64,000 nt of DNA from a virus: the IMG/VR virus record IMGVR_UViG_3300006056_000037. The stretch is one strand, 5' to 3'. This document shows, piece by piece, positions 58,751 to 64,000 of this stretch. Each line of letters opens with the position of its first letter. The stretch's first letter is position 1. The translations under genes were made by a program, and so were the position numbers. The notes under the pieces were generated by a model. The model ran no database searches. It had not been told where the DNA came from and saw nothing but the letters and a program-made list of their open reading frames with translations.

Positions 58751-61054
58751 TTAATCACAACCTTGACCGGTACACGCAAACGTTTGTGCAGATTCGGTCA
58801 TATCTTCATCTTCATATTCCACGAGCTTAGCCCAGTTCAACTCCGGGAAGTCCGCAGAAAACTTTTCATACTGTGTTTGCGTAAGCTCCTCGTTCGGCGC
58901 GTACGTATAGCTTCCGTTGTCTTTCGGTAAAAAGGACAGCCCTGTTATGTGATCCATGTGTTGATAAACTAGAGCTCCCAACTCCAACCACTCATGGTCT
59001 TCGACGTAGATCGTGGCAGATACGGAATGTTCTGCCCAATTCTGTTTCCATTCGAGCCAGTTATAGAACTGGTCTTTTGCCGTCATATCGTTGCGAAGGA
59101 CGGCACCTTCTGGCGCATTCTTTGGAAATCCAAACACGAGCAAACTGTCTGGAGCTTCCGGTGCTGGTGCGTAAGGCACACCTGAGTCGATAAGAAACTT
59201 CGAAATGGGACTTGTTGCAGCTTCTCGAACCCAGCGTTTCTGGTATTCAGAAAACCAAGGACTGATCCCAGACCCACAATGGAAGAATACTGCGGAGTCA
59301 CCGCCAGGTTTCACCGTGGTATTCGCTGCGGATATGTTCACGTTCCAACGCTTCGACAAATTGTGATCGACCTCTTCTACGATCTTTGCGAGGTGTCGTA
59401 GCAGTTCTGCACGGCCTGGTGCCCCGAACTGCAATAACGGACATTCGGCTTGCCCAGTGATATCCACGCCCAACAACCGTTCTTCCCGGCAGTTGATTGC
59501 CCAATCTTCTCGAATGTAGTTGAACTTGGTGCACATCGACTGAATCTTGCCGAATACTGCGGCGATCCGGACTTTGCGCTCGAGATCCTGTACTGTGTCC
59601 GTCTTTCTTGCGATCGCCATGCTTAAGTTGCAGAACTCGTGTGGTCGCAGCAAGATCTCTGCACACGGATTACACCCTGGACGATGCTTCCCCCACTTAC
59701 GCCGCTTTGGCGAGTGCTTCAATGCCGCTTGGCGATTGAATATCCCACGTTCCCCCGACTTCGACTCGTACAGCGATGTCCACTCCGAAATGAAAACATC
59801 CATGGGTACACGATCTGGGTAATCGTAAACCGCAGAGTTGTTCGCCATCGATCGGTGCTTTGACTTGTCCCACCAGTTACCTGATTTCGCGTTACGCATT
59901 GCCGTAGAGGTCAGGTCAGAAAGGGAGATCTCTGCGGCACGACGCACACCACCAACCTGCACGATTTTGCCTGTCATGCAAGTTAGATCGTGCACGTCGA
60001 TGTCTTCTAACGTTCGACCTTGGCGGGCTAACAACAGATTGCGTGCGAACTCGATCAGCTCCAGAAACGGTTCTGGTCCACTTGCTCGTCCGCCCTTCGT
60101 TCGCAGTCTTGTGTTTTTCTTCCGCACCCGAGAAGTGTCTACCGGCGAATCGTATCCGTCCCACAGTCGTGTCAGAAACTCGTTGTAGGCGTCACACCAA
60201 CCTTCAGTGGAGTCCTCGACAATGATCGGATCACCCATTGTCTTTTTTCGACGTTTTACGCGAGGCAACTCGCTCACGTATTCGTCTTCGCAGCTAAACC
60301 CGGCTCCCGTTCCTTGCATCAAAATGTAGAGGATCTCAGAAAACGATCGAATGTCAGACATCGGCTGATAGGCACAGTTGTAAACACCTACATGACATCG
60401 ATCGAGCGCTGGGCCGGCCATCTGCACTACACGCATTGCTGGGCTGGCTTCCAGGTTGTAAAGGGCGTCTCCTAGTTCCGCCCATTCCTGTGCTTCCAAG
60501 GTCACGTCTTGGACCTTTTTCAACCACGGCATGACTCGCTCGTATACCGTTTCCTTCCAGGTCTCCCGTCGCTTATCGTCGTCCTTCCACCGGGAGAACT
60601 TGGACATAAATTGGTAATACTGTAAATCTGTGGAGAAGTGCTTTTGATCTTCTTTCACTCTCGCGATCACTTCCATCGCGATCGGTTTGCTTTCCCGAGC
60701 TTTACGATGTTGTTCTCGGTAGTTCTGGTAGTGTTCCGCGGCTTCAAATAATCCTGCACCCCACAACTGTTGCAAAGTGAACTGTTGGATCTGCTCGACG
60801 TCCAGCACGTCCTTTTTGCTTGCTTTCAGCACGTTAAGAACTGCCGTCGTGATGTTCTTAACTATTTGCTCTTCTTCCTGCATACCTCCTGGTAGCTTCT
60901 GCGAAAGCTGAACGGCGTTGAAGCACCGAAACAAAGCTACCCGGATCTTCTTGGGGTCAAAATCGACAATTGCCCCGTCACGTTTCTTGCACTTCCAGGT
61001 CACCGCCACTGGTGCGGCTGTAGCACTCTTCGTGTCTTTCCCTTTACTTACCAT
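58751..61054 (-). CDS. nrdJ: Class II (B12-dependent) ribonucleotide reductase with N-terminal ATP cone
   Basis: KKRDGAIVDFDPKKI ATP cone; YNCAY, GTGAGF, GGVRRAAEI, GCNPCAEI, TTVKPGG; C-terminal FACTGQGCD; no small subunit nearby. Confidence 0.88.
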   Translation of the reverse strand: MVSKGKDTKSATAAPVAVTWKCKKRDGAIVDFDPKKIRVALFRCFNAVQLSQKLPGGMQEEEQIVKNITTAVLNVLKASKKDVLDVEQIQQFTLQQLWGAGLFEAAEHYQNYREQHRKARESKPIAMEVIARVKEDQKHFSTDLQYYQFMSKFSRWKDDDKRRETWKETVYERVMPWLKKVQDVTLEAQEWAELGDALYNLEASPAMRVVQMAGPALDRCHVGVYNCAYQPMSDIRSFSEILYILMQGTGAGFSCEDEYVSELPRVKRRKKTMGDPIIVEDSTEGWCDAYNEFLTRLWDGYDSPVDTSRVRKKNTRLRTKGGRASGPEPFLELIEFARNLLLARQGRTLEDIDVHDLTCMTGKIVQVGGVRRAAEISLSDLTSTAMRNAKSGNWWDKSKHRSMANNSAVYDYPDRVPMDVFISEWTSLYESKSGERGIFNRQAALKHSPKRRKWGKHRPGCNPCAEILLRPHEFCNLSMAIARKTDTVQDLERKVRIAAVFGKIQSMCTKFNYIREDWAINCREERLLGVDITGQAECPLLQFGAPGRAELLRHLAKIVEEVDHNLSKRWNVNISAANTTVKPGGDSAVFFHCGSGISPWFSEYQKRWVREAATSPISKFLIDSGVPYAPAPEAPDSLLVFGFPKNAPEGAVLRNDMTAKDQFYNWLEWKQNWAEHSVSATIYVEDHEWLELGALVYQHMDHITGLSFLPKDNGSYTYAPNEELTQTQYEKFSADFPELNWAKLVEYEDEDMTESAQTFACTGQGCD

Positions 61055-61125
61055 TGTCTCTCCGTCACGGGATGAAAGTCCTTAGGTACAAAAGATCGGC
61101 TCCGCCGATCTTCCAGCTACAAAGC

Positions 61126-61575
61126 CTATTTTTGTAGCTCCACAATCGAACCCGTCTGAGGGTTCACCGCATAAGCGGGTGGCTCGTCGACTGGAGGTAG
61201 GGCAAAGATCCGCAACAGCAGAGCTTTGTCGCCATACCGGCAGCGTATACTGATTTCGTGCCCGTCTAAAAAGCCAGAACTTTTCACAGGCGCGTTCCAC
61301 GTAATTTCTTCATATCGTGGCAGATATTGCAGGATCTTGCTTACGTTCAACGTAAACCCAGGCACAAACAGCGCCCCGTCGTGCAAAGCAGATCCGCGCA
61401 GTTCGTTTGGAGACGGATACACGAGCACCTGCCAAGCGTTCGACACGTTGTTGGGATCATCAGGCGACATGTACCTATATCCCAACGTTCCGATGAATGC
61501 ATGTGGTTTGACGCATTCAGTTAACTCGTCAACAAGTGCTCGTATCCAGAGCGGGGCTTCATTCGGCGTCGGCAT
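61126..61575 (-). CDS. Hypothetical protein
   Basis: 149 aa, GAGGA SD, overlaps the upstream stop. Confidence 0.6.
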   Translation of the reverse strand: MPTPNEAPLWIRALVDELTECVKPHAFIGTLGYRYMSPDDPNNVSNAWQVLVYPSPNELRGSALHDGALFVPGFTLNVSKILQYLPRYEEITWNAPVKSSGFLDGHEISIRCRYGDKALLLRIFALPPVDEPPAYAVNPQTGSIVELQK

Positions 61576-62980
61576 CTTCTTCCTCTTCCTCAGGGTCTTG
61601 TTCGCCTCGCATCATGTGCAAAAGCGATGGGGCTGTGATTGTGATCACTGTTTGTCGCATCACGGTCATGAACGGTTTAGGTTCTTCTTCGTCACTGCTA
61701 TCGTCCCCGTGTGCTTTTACTCGCCGCAGTAATTCCGGTCCGTGTTCGTCCGGATCTTCCGCGTTAAACGCTTTGTCGTCCCAATACACGTCCGCGTACA
61801 CTTTGCCCGAAGTCCCTTTCGGTTGGTCGGGGTTTTCGTTGACGTAGTCAAACGGGATGTCGTGCTTCTCCAGCCACGTCTTCACTTGCTTAGTGTCGCC
61901 TCGCACCGTGAACACGATAATACGAGCCCCGTGTTCGTGAAAGTCCCGCACCCACTTCACCGTGCGTTCGCGAGGTTCACCGATGGTCTTAGGATTGAAG
62001 GGTTCTTCTTTCTCTGCGAGTGTTCCATCCAAGTCCACACAGATAGTGAACTGGTGCCCGTCGTCAGTAGCCCGTTTCACGAAAATTAGTTTGGAGTTCT
62101 CAAAAGTGGTTTTTAGATTGGCTTGCTTTATCGGGCGCTTCATCGACCGCAGATACACACCCAACGTACCGCCACATTTCGGACACTTTTCGTCTTCGGG
62201 CATTGCGTGGTATCGATACTGGCAATCCGGACACGGAATATACCCGTCACGGAGATGCCCCATCTTGTTGTATTTGTTGCGTTCCTTTGACGCTTCATTC
62301 CGTTTCCAAAACTCTTCCTCGGTCTCCGCAACCTTGACTGTCTCTGGACTCTCGAGCGCTCGAGAGTCCAGTTTGTCGTCTCCAGCTCCCCCCGGTAACA
62401 AGTCCGCACGTTTTATTGTCTTACCGTTTGAAAGTTGTTGCCAGTAACTTCCGCCTGCCTCGGTTAGGTCAGAACCCTGTTTAATGAGCATATGGCTTTG
62501 TTTAAGAGGCTTTGACGGGTCACCCTGGGCCAACCACTCTTTGAAGCTCGGAAGCGTCAGAGGCACGATAGAGCCCAGGCCTTTCCAACCTGGACTGTAG
62601 TTGCGGAGATAGGTCTGCACGGCGTCTTTCTCGCACGTACATCCGAGTATCACTTTACCTTCGTCGAAAGAACCGTCTTTCTTTCTTTGGTTCACGATGA
62701 AGACCAGTTCACTCTCTGGGTTGGCCTCATTCAAAAAGAAATCGATATCGTCACCGTCGGCCCCAGGCTTCCCTGGGAAAGACCCATAGTGATCTTTCAT
62801 TTCGGTGGACCATTCTTTACCGTCTTTGCTCTTCCCAGATCGCGTCTGGCCTTTGAGGTATTCAATGACCAAAGACAGACCATTCCACGTTATCTTCTTT
62901 TCCTTCTTGGGTACTTCCAGCGTGTCTGCAGTCTTGATGTGCGGCACGCAAAGTGCTTGTAGATATTCGTAATCCGTCAT
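61559..62980 (-). CDS. Multidomain protein: inorganic pyrophosphatase-like + Zn ribbon + HAD phosphatase
   Basis: IEYLKG..RSG...HYG...GADGDDIDFF...FDEGKVILG (InPase-like); CPDC/CPKC; ICVDLDGTL, FTVR, KVYADVYWDDKA (HAD motifs I, II, III/IV). Confidence 0.75.
   Translation of the reverse strand: MTDYEYLQALCVPHIKTADTLEVPKKEKKITWNGLSLVIEYLKGQTRSGKSKDGKEWSTEMKDHYGSFPGKPGADGDDIDFFLNEANPESELVFIVNQRKKDGSFDEGKVILGCTCEKDAVQTYLRNYSPGWKGLGSIVPLTLPSFKEWLAQGDPSKPLKQSHMLIKQGSDLTEAGGSYWQQLSNGKTIKRADLLPGGAGDDKLDSRALESPETVKVAETEEEFWKRNEASKERNKYNKMGHLRDGYIPCPDCQYRYHAMPEDEKCPKCGGTLGVYLRSMKRPIKQANLKTTFENSKLIFVKRATDDGHQFTICVDLDGTLAEKEEPFNPKTIGEPRERTVKWVRDFHEHGARIIVFTVRGDTKQVKTWLEKHDIPFDYVNENPDQPKGTSGKVYADVYWDDKAFNAEDPDEHGPELLRRVKAHGDDSSDEEEPKPFMTVMRQTVITITAPSLLHMMRGEQDPEEEEEDADAE
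62096..62119 (+). repeat. 24-bp dyad motif copy 8 (intragenic, interdomain linker)
   Basis: GTTCTCAAAA-GTGG-TTTTTAGATT. Confidence 0.85.
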
Positions 62981-62992
62981 TAAATGTTCCTC

Positions 62993-63021
62993 TTGTCGTG
63001 TCCCTCTTTAGGGGGTATAAC
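62993..63021 (+). promoter_or_regulatory. Sigma70-like promoter for csrA
   Basis: TTGTCG-17 nt-TATAAC, about 55 nt upstream of the csrA ATG. Confidence 0.5.
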
Positions 63022-63075
63022 ATTGGGGGCGTGAGTCGTCAATGGGTGCGACGGAATAATCGGAAGGAGCCTGCG

Positions 63076-63267
63076 ATGTTAGTGCTGAGCCGTAAAGTAG
63101 ACGAGAGCATTGTGATCAATAACGACATTGTGGTCACGATTGTAGAGATCCGCGGAGACCGCATTCGCCTTGGTATCACCGCCCCTAAAGACGTAGACGT
63201 GCACCGGCAAGAGGTGCTCGCCCGAATTCTAAGCGAGAGAGAAAAAGAAACGGCCAGAGCGTCTTAA
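63076..63267 (+). CDS. csrA: Carbon storage regulator CsrA/RsmA (RNA-binding translational regulator)
   Basis: MLVLSRKVDESIVINNDIVVTIVEIRGDRIRLGITAPKDVDVHRQEV; AAGGAG SD. Confidence 0.95.
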   Translation: MLVLSRKVDESIVINNDIVVTIVEIRGDRIRLGITAPKDVDVHRQEVLARILSEREKETARAS

Positions 63268-63803
63268 GCTTTTGCTGTAGTGTTTCTCCCTAAAACACTT
63301 CTGCGACGTACCGCAACCGTGACGTGAAAATCATGAGCATCTGCGTTAGGTCGAGACGATAAACCATACGACCTACGCAGAGTCTGCAATTCCGGCGAAT
63401 GCACTTTCAAATACCAAACCCTTGCCATGTTCGGCCAACCATCCGGTTCCACTTCATAGAGCTTGCCTAAGCTGTAGCGAAACTCTTTTCCTCGTTCCGT
63501 GATTTTGTCGACGCCGCCAATTGTCTCTAAATCTTTGGGTGACATTACGGTGATGTGCGCATTCAAGTTCCCAGCAGGCCCCGGCGGCAGCTCAATTCCT
63601 GGTTCTCGCATGGCGGAGAACACGCCGCGAACTAACGCATTAGGAACAGACAACAACAGGTAGCCAGGTTCTGACGCGTACAAACGCCCAGCAAGGTTAT
63701 ATGCAACCTGGGCGTCTGCTGCGGCTTTTACAATTTCTTTTCCGGTATTAAACAAACAAGCCGCCAAAACTAGCGGCTCGTCGGACACAGTGATTAGTGA
63801 CAT
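63264..63803 (-). CDS. 2H phosphoesterase family protein
   Basis: Two H-x-T motifs (AHITVM, FHVTVA); ATG 63803 directly after the upstream stop. Confidence 0.75.
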   Translation of the reverse strand: MSLITVSDEPLVLAACLFNTGKEIVKAAADAQVAYNLAGRLYASEPGYLLLSVPNALVRGVFSAMREPGIELPPGPAGNLNAHITVMSPKDLETIGGVDKITERGKEFRYSLGKLYEVEPDGWPNMARVWYLKVHSPELQTLRRSYGLSSRPNADAHDFHVTVAVRRRSVLGRNTTAKA

Positions 63804-63805
63804 GA

Positions 63806-64000
63806 TTATTTCCCACTCATTGCCGCATAGAATGCCACGGCGGTAGTGATGACCCAACCAAACATCTTCGCAATATCCCAGATCACGTTCTTTGTGGACT
63901 TCATGTAGGCCTGACTGCGATCTAAGGTGCCTACCTGGGAGTTTAGCGTAGTGATTGCCTGGCGTAACTCTTTACCGAGCGATCGCAGTTCTTCGATACC
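63806..64000 (-). CDS. Partial coiled-coil protein with C-terminal hydrophobic helix
   Basis: Open frame from the window end: ...LRQAITTLNSQV...IAKMFGWVITTAVAFYAAMSGK-stop. Confidence 0.5.
   Translation of the reverse strand, partial: GIEELRSLGKELRQAITTLNSQVGTLDRSQAYMKSTKNVIWDIAKMFGWVITTAVAFYAAMSGK

Noticed and set aside
2930..62119. 24-bp dyad as a CRISPR repeat or intrinsic terminator
   Set aside because: Copies are kilobases apart with no spacers or cas genes, the stem is AT-rich, and some copies are intragenic in either orientation
62953..63075. Extended N-terminus of CsrA from the ORF track
   Set aside because: The family starts at MLVLSRK (63076) with an AAGGAG SD; the upstream part holds the promoter
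1..64000. Stop-codon reassignment, tRNA/rRNA genes, integrase or IS elements
   Set aside because: The standard code gives dense full-length ORFs ending in TAA, TAG and TGA; no cloverleaf, rRNA, integrase or transposase signature was seen by eye

Overview
This is a 64-kb segment of a large contractile-tailed (myovirus-like) dsDNA phage, with almost every gene on the minus strand. In transcription order (right to left) it encodes: a 2H phosphoesterase, CsrA (+ strand), an InPase/Zn-ribbon/HAD multidomain protein and an ATP-cone class II ribonucleotide reductase; a block of glycine-zipper/low-complexity putative internal head proteins interleaved with a bacterial-type multisubunit RNA polymerase; prohead protease, scaffold, decoration and major capsid proteins; fibre/neck genes, tail sheath, tube, spike, tail assembly chaperones, tape measure and baseplate genes; and a sigma70-family factor. 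Main observations: (1) RNAP beta carries a cis LAGLIDADG intein and is also fractured by a naturally split intein. Trans-splicing would rebuild the conserved beta C-terminal motif and give a beta-beta'(N) fusion carrying NADFDGD. The small gene between the halves is not a nuclease, and beta'(C) is a separate gene with an ~800-aa extension. (2) A K-x-A motif recurs densely in the protease, scaffold, head proteins, RNAP beta'(C) and enzyme cargo, suggesting a protease processing code for virion-packaged proteins. (3) A 24-bp dyad with an invariant AAAAGTGGTTTTT core occurs 8 times in both orientations, inside and between genes. (4) CACGGA(G/T)G CsrA-like sites overlap the ribosome-binding sites of the main structural genes, and the phage encodes its own CsrA. 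(5) There is a -1 frameshift site in the tail chaperone. All product calls come from manual motif recognition; no database searches were run.
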